Assembly (NCBI RefSeq): GCF_022458985.1
Contig: NC_061789.1
Coordinates: 11,479,707-11,543,706 of the forward strand
Origin: Mugil cephalus
Lineage: Eukaryota
DNA length: 64,000 nt
Direction: 5' to 3'
The notes beneath the pieces are model-generated. The model saw only the letters and a list, made by a program, of their open reading frames with translations. It searched no databases and had not been told where the DNA came from. Every line of letters begins with the position of its first letter. Position 1 is the stretch's first letter. Position numbers and translations under genes: made by a program. Shown piece by piece: positions 1 through 13,192 of this stretch.

Positions 1-336
1 CACACACATACACTCTTCGACCTGAATCTGAGACAGACGAAATACACGCTGAAAGCAAAGAACACGAGAGATGACGAGATCCAGAGCGAGAGAAGCCTTC
101 AGTCTGCAGCTGTGAGAACTTCAGAGGACGGACGACTAAATAAATAAACACGGACACGTGGAAGGAGTCTGTAGCTGCCGATAAACAGGTTAAAACATAA
201 AGTGCACTGAGGACTCAGGAGGAGGAGAGAGACGAGGTGATGCATCTGACGTGATCATGAGAGCCATCTTCTCCTCCGCGTTGAGAAGCTTAAACTTTAA
301 AGTCTGGTCTGATTCGCGCGAGTCCGTACGCGAGAA

Positions 337-1412
337 TCAGGCGTTGGCCACGAAGCACATGTCCTTCTTCAGGTGTATCTGTAGGCCGCTGGCGCTGGTG
401 AAGGTCTTGGTGCACTGAGCGCAGCGGTACGGCTTCTCCCCCGAGTGAGTGCGTTTGTGCTTCTTCATGGTGTCCCCGTCGCTGAACGTGCGGCAGCAGA
501 ACGGGCAGCTGTACGGCCGCTCGCCCGTGTGGATGCGCAGGTGCCTCCTCAGGTTCCCCCTCTGGCTGAAGCTCTTGGAGCAGAAGGTGCACCGGTGCGG
601 CCGCTCGCCCGTGTGCGTCCGCAGGTGGCGCCGCAGGTCGGCCGACTGCGCGAAGGACTTGCAGCACCAGTCGCAGGCGTAGGTCTTCCGCTTCTGCTCC
701 AGGTGCAGGCGAAGGCTGGCGGCCTGGCCGAACGCCTCGCCGCAGCGGGGGCAGCGGTGGACGAGCTCGGGGATGAACGGGGCGACCGCGCTGACGTCCG
801 CCGGCGACCGCTCCTGGGAGGACTTTCTGCTTTTCTGAGCTTCCCGGGGCTCCGCGCGCACCAGCACCGTCCTCTCGGCCTCCACTCTGCTCCTGAAACC
901 CGACTCTTTCGCTGGAACGTGAGCGCCCGAGTCCGAGCGGCTTTCGGGTTCGCTCACCCTGTACTCGTCCGGTTCAGTCTTGATCAGCGCCGGAGCCGCG
1001 GCCCGGGGCCCCTCCTTGAGTAGCGGAACCTCGATGTGGATTTTGGGGACGGAGGAGGAGGGGGGATTCAGGGAGGAGTGAGAGGGAAGAGGTGAAACTT
1101 TCCTGAATACGTCCTGGGGAAGGTCAGACTTCAGCTCTGGTTCTGGGGGTTTCTTGTCCACCGGCAAGTGAATGGGCCCGGTGAGGGCCTCCCTCTGGAC
1201 CGACTGCAGCTGCACAGGCACCACCTGCTCGTGTGCCGCCTTCGCTGCATTGGCTGGAGGTAGTCCGGGCTGGCTGAGGGTGGAGTCTGGCTCCTCTGAC
1301 CGGGCCCTCCGCTCCTGATCTCCAAGCTGCTGCTCTGGAGCCACGACACCGAGACTGGACCTGGTGGACCCTGAAGAAGAAGCATCGTTTGTTAAATTCC
1401 ATTTAGTTGAAT
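337..1412 (-). CDS. C2H2 zinc-finger protein, terminal coding exon (five C2H2 fingers; stop at 337-339)
   Basis: The minus-strand ORF 337..1443 contains HTGERPH/HTGERPY/HSGEKPY finger linkers and CxxC...HxxxH units (CPRCGEAF..., [10 protein letters not shown]..., [10 protein letters not shown]..., [10 protein letters not shown]..., [10 protein letters not shown]...). Tandem acceptors tttcagCTCTTCAG lie at 1413-1420; the inner AG (exon start 1412) keeps phase with the upstream exon. Confidence 0.7.
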
Positions 1413-2126
1413 CTGAAGAGCTGAAAGAAACACTACAAAGCAAATATTTAAAGGATAGCTCATATTAATTTTCAACAAAAGTATTTGGACACTTTATTCT
1501 AATTAAATATGTTTATCTCAGTTTCATTTTGAATAAGCCTCCTTTCTGGTTCACTTGAACAACATAGATGGAATCGTTTTTTTTTTTTTTGATTTAATCA
1601 AATTGTGGCTAGTCACAGATGTAAATGTATTTCCCTTTTTATGGGAATGACACACGGTCTGACAGTTCCTCAAAGATAGTTCCACAGTAAATTTCAGTTC
1701 TACTAACGACTCACACCACACTCCATGTGATAATTTGGCAATTTAAAGTTCTGTTGATTTATGTAAACATAGCTCATTAAAAATTAAGCACACTTTAACA
1801 AGCAACAGCAGTGTACTTTCGAGGTGAATACGGCTGGGTTTAAAGACAGAATTGTTATCTCTGTCCTCATCAGATCACTGATGGTAAAGAGGAAGTAACG
1901 GGCTACGTGATGAAAAGTCACGTCTATTAAAATTCAGATCAAGATGTTCGGTCTGACAGGTGCCGAACATCCAAGTGTTTCATTATCACTACACGTGCAC
2001 TTTAAAATCCGCGAATCAGCCGATATTTAACGTTTAAACATTGACCCAGTTAATAACCGACGGATTTTTCAGTGCACTTTGGAGCAGTGTTCTCTGGCGG
2101 AGCTAGCCGGCTAGCTCGGCCCTTAC

Positions 2127-2319
2127 TCAGCCACTCGGTCTCGGCCTCCAGCAGCAGGATGTCCCGCAGCTGCCTCCGCAGGCTCTCGTTCTCCCGCTTG
2201 GTTCTAGCCGTCTCCTCCCGGTACTCGGTCACCGTGTCCTCCACCACGTCCAGAATCTCCTTCACCACCACCGTCAGCCGCTCCGTTAGGTACGCGTTCA
2301 GCAGCTGCAGTTTGGTCAT
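2127..2319 (-). CDS. First coding exon of the same zinc-finger gene (teleost ZNF N-terminal leucine-rich domain)
   Basis: ATG at 2317-2319 encodes MTKLQLLNAYLTERLTVVVKEILDVVEDTVTEYREETARTKRENESLRRQLRDILLLEAETEWL and ends at donor CTGA|gtaagg (phase 1). This ERLT...EI...TV.EYREE...RQL pattern is the N-terminal domain shared by many teleost C2H2 ZNFs. Confidence 0.55.
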
Positions 2320-4119
2320 TTTGATGTTGGAATCTCAAACAGCTGCATCCACACCGGAAACAGACAAGACAACAACAAACGAAACCGGAAGCGAGCCTTT
2401 GACTAGAGTCAGTCCTTTAACATAAAAGTGCTCTTAAAAAAAAGCACGTTTTTTTTGTTTTTTGTTTTTCAAACCTCGGAAAAATTACGACAACTTTCTG
2501 TGAGAATTTAAAAGAGACAATAATTTGATCGTTTTCCAGAGGCAGGGAAGACCAATCAGTGTTTAATTGTCAATTGGTTAGGAGCTGCGTTGCAAGAGAT
2601 TTTATGTTTTTTATGAAATAAAAAAGTGAAAAAAATGACCACAAAAAGACACAGCTGTGCTACGTTGAATGACTATACGCCAAAATATTAATTGGTCTTC
2701 ATCTGGGTCTTCTTAGGAATAGTAAAATACAGCTTCACAATGTAAACATTTGTATCTCGTGGTTATCATTTGTTACTATAATATGTTAAATTCGGGTCTA
2801 TAAACACTGTGATGCCCGAGAAGGCGTAGAAAGCCTAGTTTTAAGGTGATCCCTAATATTGTTTACCCATGCCAGAGGGAACATCTGTAATTGAATTAAC
2901 ACGCAAATCACCGTAGTGGCCACTAGAGGGCAGTGAACGATTAATAATTATAAATTTTATTTGTAGGGCGCCTTTCATGGCACTCAAGGTCGCCTGACAG
3001 TAAAATGAATACAAACAGAAAAACAGAAAACATCTCATAAAAAAATTGTGCAAAAAAAAAAACAACAACAACAAAAACACAGCATAAAAGCCTCATAAAA
3101 AATACAATAACATAAAACAAGTGCAGTGAATCAAGTAGAAAAGGCAACTCTGAGTTGAGTATGTAAACCCCCAAAAGAAAACAATCAAAAGCATAATGAG
3201 CTATGCATCATTATTCACACAAGTGTCAGTTTTGGACAAGGTATGGCAAGGATCACCTCATCCTTGTATTATGGATTGGATTATACTCACAGTACCGCAC
3301 GCAGGGGTTCATAATATAACCTTTTCTTTTACCAACAGAAGAAAAATTAACCAAAATATCCAGGTGATTTCCATTCCAACACAACACAGAGTCAAAGCCA
3401 TCACTGAACATCAGTTTAAGGATTATAATTTCTCTGCTAAATGATCCCCAGCTAACATATTTGTGGCCAATTCACCAGCATTAGACCAACAACACAGTAA
3501 GTAGCCCCAGTGCTCTGCTTCCACAGCATTATGATTTCCTCACATAGGCTACTGTACATGATGCGTTTTTTTTTTTTTTTTTTTAAAAAAGGACTTTCCA
3601 CAAAGATTTTTTAAGACATATTTTCTTGTTAAAGTCCCTCTGTGAATAATCTCTGAAGACAAATGAATAAGTGTTTGTTACTTGAGGTATATCCACTTCA
3701 CAAAAGGTGTCTCTATCCTGTCCCAATAGCATTTTCTTTAAACAAATTATTGCCAACATGGGTTCATGTTTCTGCGGTCAGAATAAAGTCAATATCTGGA
3801 AACAAAATAAAATTTTCACTTAAATCGAGCTAAATGAGTGATACAGGGGCTTGGAGCTGGTTTGTCTCAACTAGAAGTTTTTGTGATTTGTGGCAAGATG
3901 ACCAGGATCCAGAGACAACTGTCATTAACGTGTTCTTAGTTGCAACAGATTGACAATGTTTCTCAATCTTTCATTTCATCGTGCTCTGATTGACAGGTAG
4001 TGTTAACCAAACAAGCACGGGCGTTTGGTTAACACTGAAATACGACTAATATTTAAGCCTATTTAAGTCATGTATGACTTTATACTCACAAAAGGGTTTA
4101 GTCGCTTCTCATGCATGTC

Positions 4120-4290
4120 TCTCGTCTGCAGCGCAGCGTGACGAGGCAGCGGCGTGCGCGCCGTGCGTACATGTGAGGGAGTCATGGATGCATGGAGGGA
4201 GCATGCAGCGCGCTGAGCGCGGGACAGCCCCGCCCCTCGGTGACAGACAGAGGAGCGGCAGCGGCGTTAAGTGTGGAGGAGCCGTCACAT
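4120..4290. promoter_or_regulatory. GC/CpG-rich island with an Sp1-type GC box (gccccgcccc); candidate promoter, possibly an upstream non-coding exon of the ZNF gene
   Basis: A local run of CG dinucleotides (gcgcgccgtgcg, cagcgcgctgagcgcggg, gccccgcccctcgg) sits in otherwise AT-rich sequence. Confidence 0.3.
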
Positions 4291-7200
4291 CACAAATCGG
4301 TGTAAGAGAGAATTAGAACAGGACTGAGTACGTCCCGGTACGTCGTAAACAGTCCCGGTACACCAGGAGTTAAAATCTAGAAATGCCAGGAGCATACTCC
4401 GTTCCATACACCTCGACATACCCAAACGACGCCACTGATTCACATAGTACAATACAATCTCATAATAATGCAGCAAAATCTAATTTTAATTAAAACAATC
4501 CAAAAAGGGGGGAAGCACAGGGCCTGTGCTGACTGCTACAACAAAGTGTATTTAATCTGCTTATATAACATCAGATTGAAGAACTGCAGTGAAGCCTCTG
4601 AACAACACTTATAATCAGTGTCAATGTCTAAATCAGATGGATCCTGCAGTCGTAGACTCTTACTGCTGCATTGTTGTGATAGTGCTCAGTCAGCAGAAAG
4701 ACAAGAGGACGAGGATCTGCAATTTACACACACTTCATCAAGTCCACACTGGAAGTAGGTATTCTTTCTTCCACAATAAGAGTATGAAAGCGTCCCGGAG
4801 TCCCATATAGAAATCAGTGCTGATGAAAATGTTTTTAAACTGTGACTTTTTGATCTCCTTTAATGCACCACATTATTCACATGAAAACACCGCAATCGCT
4901 GTCTTCATGTGAAGATTTATCACGACTTGCAGTGATGTTGTTTTGTCCCTGTTTTGTGTTGGTTTTACACTGGTGTCAAACCTGGATTTGGTTTGAGACA
5001 GATTTCAGTTCAACCTGCCCACAGCTTATTTTAGTTTTGGTTTTAAATTGGATTTGGATGTGGTTTTTAAGCATTGTTCAGATTGATTTTGTATTTGGTT
5101 CAAAACTGGTTTTGAACTAGTTTTTAGTGGGTTTTTGGAGTGGAACAGAAATAATTTTAAACTGGTTTTAGACTTTTATTTCAGACGTAAGACTGGATAT
5201 AAAATGTGTGTTTGTTTTTTTCTTTTGAGTGTCATAAAGAATTTGTGATGCAGTTCCTCTGTAATTCAGTCTTCTGTCTCTTCAAATAATTCGGACTGAT
5301 GCTGACTGACTCTGTAGATGTCTGACAATCTGTCCTAAAGCTAGATTTCTTCTGTAGGACCAAGGTACAGGACTGATGACCCCTCACTGATCAATTACAG
5401 ATATTTTATGGACAAATTATAGATATGTCCACAGGTCTTTGGTTTCTCAGTAATCCAGCACTGTGCCCATGTTAAATAAACCAGTATGTGTTAACAATAA
5501 ATGGATGTGATGCTCTTAGTGTCCTTGCAGGGACATGAAAACAAAACCAACTAGGCTTTTATTTTGGAAGCTTCTTCAGTCCGTGCTCTTAACTTGAGTG
5601 AGCTTCACAGTGAGGGAAGACAGAGAAAATCAGCTATTGGACTGCAACACACACACACACAGCGTACACGCAAACACGCACACACTCACACTCTGTGAAT
5701 GCACCCCTCCCTTCTCCATACTTCTTGCAGTGGAGCAGACAGAGCTGCTGCAGCGACTCCCCGCATCATATCAAACACATCCGACTGAAAAGGAGCTTCT
5801 TCACCGTCCCCCCCACAAGATTTCTGTGTTTTTGAGCCCATCTAGCATCTTGCATCAGATTTTTTTTGAGTACAATTGTCTCTCAGCCTCCCGTGAGTGG
5901 ATTGCTCCTCCTGAATCTCCTGCAGAGACAACATGCACCTCAGCCTGCAGCTTCCTGTGGACTAGGACCAGGTGAGCTGCTGGACAAAAATGCTCCGTTT
6001 CACACGCTGGGGGTTTTCGAAACATGTGCTGCCGTCTCAGTGGGTGTGTCTGACGGATTTTTCCCTTTCTTCTCTGAGCCTGTGAAGCATTTGCTGCATC
6101 CGAGTGTGTGTGTTAATTATGTATAGGACATTTGGGCTGCTTTGATGGTGCTACCTCCCCGTTATCAGATTCTGCTGTCTCACAGGTCTTCACTCAGTTC
6201 AGTCAACAGAGGCTGTTGTGGTATTCTTCTAGAAAACACAGAGACGCCCGGTTGGGGCATCACTGCTCTTGTTCTGCTTGTGTTATTCTTTTTTTTTTTT
6301 TTTTCTGGTGAAACATGTGAAAAAAATGATGAGAGCGTGGCTGTAGCTATCGATTATTCTCAGATATCTGGTTTTATTCACAAAGAAACTCAAAATGAAC
6401 CGGATCTTTCTTTATTATTGTAAATAATTGATGTTTGAACAACTGATTCAGCACAAAACCAGAATGCAACCATTCCCCCTTTAAATAGGCTGAGTAAAAA
6501 CACTATGAATAAAACATTAAAACACTAAAAATAGTGTAACTGAATAAAAATTCAGTTTTGCCTAAAATCCAAGTACAATAAATAGACATTTCTATAAATG
6601 AAATATCACTACAGTTTTGTAATAACTAAACTGTTTACTAACTGATTACTAAATAGATTTTAATCATCTGTTTGGGTTCTTCAGTAACAAAGAGGAGGCA
6701 GAGACACAAGGTTTTAGTGGAGTGTACAGTAACGCCAACATGGCTGCACAAACACAAAATCATGTGTGGCAGTCAGCAGGATGCATGCTGTTGCTTTGAT
6801 GAGGCAGAGAAACAAACAGATTTCTTTTTTTGTTTGTTTGTTTTTTTTTCGGTCTGCTGATGATCTGGACCCTGAAATATGGTAAAGGTTTGCGGAAATA
6901 TTAGCTTGAATCTCTATTTCAGTGACGTTAGGATATTTGTGGGGATCAACAAAACAGGAAACTTGAAGCTGGTTTTGCTGACCCATCCATCCACCCCAAC
7001 CTCCTCCCTAAGTCACTGTGTTTTTGACCAAAATGGAGAAGATGTTTGATACGACCTATAGAGGTCGCCCAATGATTAAAATGTAATAATGAGGTCATAA
7101 TAAGCCGCTCACCGTGAGGTCATTTTTAATTAGGACAGTCTCCTTAGTTTCCAGTAAAGCAGTGAATGTAGCCAGCATGTGTCAGCGGGTTTAATTATTG

Positions 7201-10200
7201 AGTGTGGATGGAGTGGGCGTATCAAACTGTGGAAAAGGGTTTAGGCGCAAAATGCTACTTTTTTTTTTTTTTTAACTACCTTGGTTACTTAGGGACCTCT
7301 TTACGTCGGACCAACTCAGTGACGTTAAAGTCAAAACTCTGGGCTTTAGATGACTGTCTGTATTTAAACATGGGTCCATGTGTTTGAGCTTGAAGGTCAG
7401 CGTGGTGTCTCTGGTCCTCTCCTTCTTGGCAGCCCCTCACTCCATCAGCTCCTCCCAGTTAATTAAAAAATGGTCAGAGGTGCAGCTGAGGTGGACGGGA
7501 GACAACAATGCAGACAGTCGGCAGCCCGTGAAGACACTAAGCTGTAACTGGAAGCAGCCACACCCTTAATTATCCATAATTAATCCTTGATATAATTTAA
7601 ACAGATGAGTTGCATAGAAATTCTCCTCTGCAGAGTTCTCATGAAAGGAGACAGTACCTTTAGAGATCAAAGCTGCTTTTGTACCAGGCTGTAAACAGGT
7701 TTTTTTTCTGTACATTTGGACATTTTAACATGGTGGTCTATTGAGATTAATTCAAATAGTTGATTCAGACCATCCTCCAGATGAAGACAGTTCTTTATAT
7801 TTCAGACTAACACCATATAGTGTGTTTGGAGTCATTATCTTCTCCACAGGATGGACTTGGACCGGCGATCAGATACCTCCTACTGAGGATTAAATATGTG
7901 TACAGATGGCTGATCTGTTCAGATTAAAAATCCTTATCGATTAAGTTTTATATATATTTTTTTTTTGTCATGTTCCAGTTTAAAATCAACTGCGGCCAGT
8001 TTCACTTAGTCTAGTTTGAAGACAGAGACACTCATTCATACTTTTTGTATTGAAACCAAAATCAAAATCAACGCAAATCTGACTTTTGTATAAACTAGTA
8101 ATGTGTTATTTTCTGTTGAGCAAATAAAACCGAGTCGAACGACACAAAGCCATTATGTTCACGTCGTCCAGTATTTCATTTAAGGTCGTATCGGGGCAGC
8201 GCATCAGCCCACCGTTGGTTGAACTATCTCATCATGAAACAAACATTATCAAAGCGCGGAGTCATTATCCCGCTGCAGCAAGGCTAAAAGCAACAGAGAG
8301 TGATGCTTTAATGGCCTCCCTCCTCTTCCTGCTCAGTGTCCTACAATAATCCTGCCACACTGGACACCAAGCAGCTGCACGTTAACCGATGTGGGAGTCG
8401 ACTGTTAAGACGCCAGCTCCTTTAATGACCCTCCAGCGTGTCATTAGGGACCTTCAGGCTTCAGTCAGCACATAATGTCAATAAGAACAAAGTCCTCAAA
8501 CTCTGACGAGAAAATCCGCATTGAACTGTAAAGGTATGCTCTGTGTTCATAATGAACCTTTAAGGTCATTTAAGGCTTAACATAACACATCATGATTATT
8601 TATAGTTCATGAACAACTGGAAAACTCTTTAACCATCAACTGGAGTTGACTCTGGGCTACAAGTCTGAGGGAAACCTATAAAATGTAGATGTATTATGAA
8701 GTCAATCCCAGATTAAAATGCAGTTATTAGCCACTTCCTGTTACAGCAGTGTGCTTCACCCGACATGACGTCGGGTCTTTTTGAGATTTCTTTGTCTTAC
8801 TGGAGAAAGACACATCTGCACAAGGAAGAGTTCTTAGCCTTTCTAAAGTACATTTAAGTTTTATAATATATATACACCTACTTTTATATGCATGCGAAAC
8901 TCAAATTTTCCAGCCTTTTCCATGAAAATAAAAGCACAAACCTTGCTAAAAAGTATATTAGAAGTTTATTTTCTTCTTTTTTTGTTGTACAATGAAAACC
9001 TACATTATTTTCCTGGTCCTGCCTATAAATATAACTGTTCAGTCCTAGAAAAATTTGCTTAAAAGTACGAAAAAAAAAAAAAAAATCTCCATGCATGGAT
9101 GACTGTTATATGCGACTAAAATGAGTAAAAGGTGAAAAGAGGTCAAATTAAACATCTAAGAGGCTTCCAGGTATTTTTCCTGCGGAATAATCCTTTAACT
9201 CGCTCTAACTGAATCTGCTGCTATGCATCAGAAAGACATGCAGTAAAACACTGCACCTCTAGTAACACTCCCCCCATCCCCCCCCCTTGTCTGTGCTGCA
9301 GCATTTGGTCCTCAGTGGTAGGGTGGTTCGGGGGGGGAGGTGGGGGTACAAGTCATCCATCGAGTCCTGGCAGGTCATTACAGTACTCCAAGTGTCAGAG
9401 CTGCAACAGAGCTCCCTCCAAATCTGCTCTTCAAGAAGCAGCTCGTCGTCCGTGTTGTCGCTCAGATCAATGAAATGACCGATCTGCAGCGTAAATGGCA
9501 TCACACAAAACTGCGCCAAACTGCATTTTTCCCCCCTTTGTTTCACATAGACACACGAGAACAGGTCATTAATTCAGACTAAAAGGTTGATATAGCTTTT
9601 CTGGGTCCTCTTTTAAAAATGAAACTATCTATCTAATAAGTTTTCTTAAAAACAAATTGCTGGAAGAGTCGAAACAATAAATCTGAACGCGTAAATATTC
9701 AGGTTTATTCTCCACGCGTGCCAACTCGATATATTTTCCTTTGACTGTACAATTTGTAGCTTTACTTCACAATAACGCTTAAATGAAATTAAGCGATTAA
9801 ACCACTCCGCTAACTGCTCTGTAATTATTCCGTGTCATTAGAAATGTAATTAGTCAGTGTTCATGCAGCTGAATGATGACTGACAACTTCGTGCTGGCCT
9901 CTTGGTAACTGCAAAATGACATGATTGCTCCTGGAGCGATCCACCAACACAAACCACCAGGTGGTTGAAACACGCTGCTGAGTCAGCGGAATAAACCAAG
10001 AACCTGCCCAACCCACACACATGCAGCAGATCTGCTTTATAAATATTGTCTTCTTCTTACCCTCTTTTGTTAAGTCAAGATGATTCTTAACAGCTCCTGT
10101 TAGATAAGCTGTCAGAGAACACAGCACTGACACTCACGACTCTTAACATGGACCAAATGGAAATCATATAAAGGGATCTTATCTGAAGACGAAGAATCTA

Positions 10201-11186
10201 ATTTTACGAGTGCAGGGTTGAGAATCCTCTGAAAATCCAGACTCAGCTGTAATATCTCTGATTACGGACACAGGAAACCCTCCCTCAATGTCACGTGCAG
10301 CCAGATTTAGTTTCCACCGCAGGGACCTCAAAGAGACGTCTGTTTCTGACAGCAAAGCAGAAAAATGTAATAATGTTCTTTCATTACAGAACAGACAGTT
10401 TAATATTCTCTGTGAAATCTCATGACTCACTCTAGAGATGCTGCAGTTAATAACACTGTAGTTATTTGATAACGAAAAACAATCCGAACACAAGTAGAAG
10501 AGCAGCTGAAAAGAAAGAACAACTCCACCAAACCCAGATCTGAGCTCCATAATCACTAACTACAGCCACTGTTCTTTGGACAAGCGTGGATGTGCAAATG
10601 AGTGATTTCACAGCTGAGGATTCAGATTCTCGATGAACCAAAGGCTAAAGGAGACTAAAGGAGATAAAAGTCATATTGTACACTGATGACACTGATGCAG
10701 AGAAAAACAGTGTTTATATAAATGAATTTGTGTCTAAAATGTGGGATTGGAGTTCCCCAGGGATCAAACCCGGCTCCTCTTTTCTTTTTACTTTAACGTT
10801 CGTTTGTACAAATTATTCAACACCATGTCATTTTAATTTATAAAAACAAGCATTTGGTGAACAACGTCCTGTATAATATGTGTGTTTTAACAATACTGAG
10901 ACAATATTTCAAAAGAAATACTTTTTTAATTTTCTTTTTAAATATTGTCTGAGGTTCAAACTGTGAATAAACTAATCATTAGATTATTAAGACATCCCAT
11001 TTTGACACCTTCCTTGTTACATATTGCATCCACTATATTTTGTCTACAAATCAATCAACACAACCATGACAACCATCTCTTTATCAATTAGCAGCCTTGT
11101 CACTGGTTCCATCTCGTTAATCTTTTTCAGAGCGAGCCCTTCCTTCCGATTTTATTCAAAACACTTAGCTTCGTCAGTACAGTCCA

Positions 11187-11298
11187 ATGGCCGCCCAGCA
11201 GCCCAACAGCATGGAGGAGCCCCAGCCCCCAATGAACACACAACCAGAAGGAGACGCCGTGACTTCTCAACCAACCAGTGCAGAGCAACAAACGACAG
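11187..11298 (+). CDS. prrt2: prrt2-like, first coding exon (acidic/Pro-rich N-terminus)
   Basis: ATG at 11187 encodes MAAQQPNSMEEPQPPMNTQPEGDAVTSQPTSAEQQTT. Donor ACAG|gtgctc at 11298 is in phase 1 and joins exon 2 to read ...[12 protein letters not shown]. Confidence 0.45.
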
Positions 11299-11916
11299 GT
11301 GCTCCTGAGATCAAGCAAACAGAGGAGGGGAAAGCAATGGAGCACCTGGCGGTGATCAGTGACAACACAGAGACCAGTAAATATAGCTCAGACAGAAACT
11401 TCTGTAATATAGAAAAGGATGATAGACTGTCAAGTGAATCTAATTTAATTATACAATATTATCTACCATAGTTAGAGTCCTGTTATCCATAGACCTAGAG
11501 TCCTGTTGTCTAATTCATCATTTGTTGTGTTAAGCAAAAAAATATGTTGCTTCAGAAAGATTCTCAGTCATCCAAATGTATTAGGTTATATTTCAAACTA
11601 TTATTACAATTGAATGATCAAGTGAGTGAGGACCACTGACATTAGATTCTTCCTCAGCCCCAACCTGGAGGAGACAAACAACTATTTTCCATCAAAGAAA
11701 ATCAGATTTGTAGTTGATGAGTTCTGTCTGACAAGTGCCCGAAGGTCACAGTTTGATAACCATAGCGACCAACGTGAACCATAGTGGAGTAGAGAGAGCT
11801 GATGTCAACCTGTGTTAGATCTTGCAAATGATCAAAATTGTTATTCTTTTGGCAGTTGTGTGCACAGCAATTTGCAATAAATGAGACTGGTGTTGGTCTG
11901 ACCTAGTCTCTGCTAA

Positions 11917-12237
<321 letters not shown>

Positions 12238-12908
12238 TAGAAGACCATAAAACCTAGTCAATTAATGTCTGTACACGGATCAGCCACAACATTAAAACCT
12301 GACCTGAGAAGTAAATAACACTGATCATCTTCCCTCCTGTCAACCCAAAGCAATATTCTGTTGCCAGACACCACAGGAACCCTCAGAAGGACCATGTCCA
12401 TACTCTGAGGAGTCAGACATGTTTTGGAGGCAGAAGAGGGACCTAATAATGTTATAATGTCATAATGTTATGCCTGATCGTTGTAGAATCCAATAAAAAT
12501 GTCTCAGTGCAAATTAAAGCTGCAACAGTTGATTTAAGGACGTTAGAGGAGAGAGTTTGACATGTTAACAGCTCATAGAGGTGCTAAAAATGCAGTCTAC
12601 AACACAGTCAGTCCACTTGACTGATGAACTTGAGTCCGATTCACCTTCTTTTAGTTCTAGTTCTTTTTGGACTCTAGTGGCTCCTGTGGGAAATATTTAG
12701 CTCATCAGCTGCTATAAACAGAAAAACAACTGCATACAGAAGCAGAAATACAGCAAAAACTAGTGATCAAGCTTGGACCTTTTAACGCTTGCACCAAAAC
12801 TGGAGCTTTACTAGAGAACTGATATGCACCGTCACACATCTGCTGACCTAACAAAACGTGTTGTCATGAGTTTAAGCTTTGACTTCTTCATCCCCTTTTT
12901 CTGTTCAG

Positions 12909-13041
12909 TCCCGAAACAGCCTGCAGCAAGGCAACATTGATGGAGCTCGCCGCCTTGGCCGCAACGCCATGGTGCTGTCTGTTGTCTCCATTTTAGGAGG
13001 GATCGCCATCATTGCTGCAGCCATTGCCCTCAACTGGGGAT
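12909..13041 (+). CDS. prrt2: prrt2-like exon (second CD225 helix)
   Basis: Acceptor ccccttttttctgttcag. Encodes [44 protein letters not shown] (human [44 protein letters not shown]). A strong donor GAT|gtaagt at 13042 matches the homologous position where human continues VYK. Without splicing the ORF reads through to a stop at 13130. Confidence 0.7.
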
Positions 13042-13175
13042 GTAAGTCTGACCTTGTGAACCTTATGCCCCGAGAGGAAGTTATGTCTGATCTGAAAAGT
13101 CAAGTAAAACACGTGTTATCCACAACGTGAACCCTCTGTAAATCTCTGTGGATTGTGTCTTTTTTGTCTCTCCAG

Positions 13176-13192
13176 TGATTTTAAAATCCTGA
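13176..13192 (+). CDS. prrt2: Possible terminal micro-exon of prrt2 (adds ...LILKS then stop)
   Basis: Acceptor tttttgtctctccag|TG at 13175/13176. With the phase-1 donor at 13041 it gives T+TG = Leu, then ILKS and TGA at 13190-13192. The alternative is read-through of exon 3 to 13130. Confidence 0.3.

Noticed and set aside
290-1023. Alternative-frame and plus-strand ORFs overlapping the zinc-finger exon (290..667, 445..1023, 449..682)
   Set aside because: Only the frame with repeated HTGE(R/K)P linkers and C2H2 spacing is meaningful; the others are Ala/Arg-rich shadows of GC-rich coding sequence.
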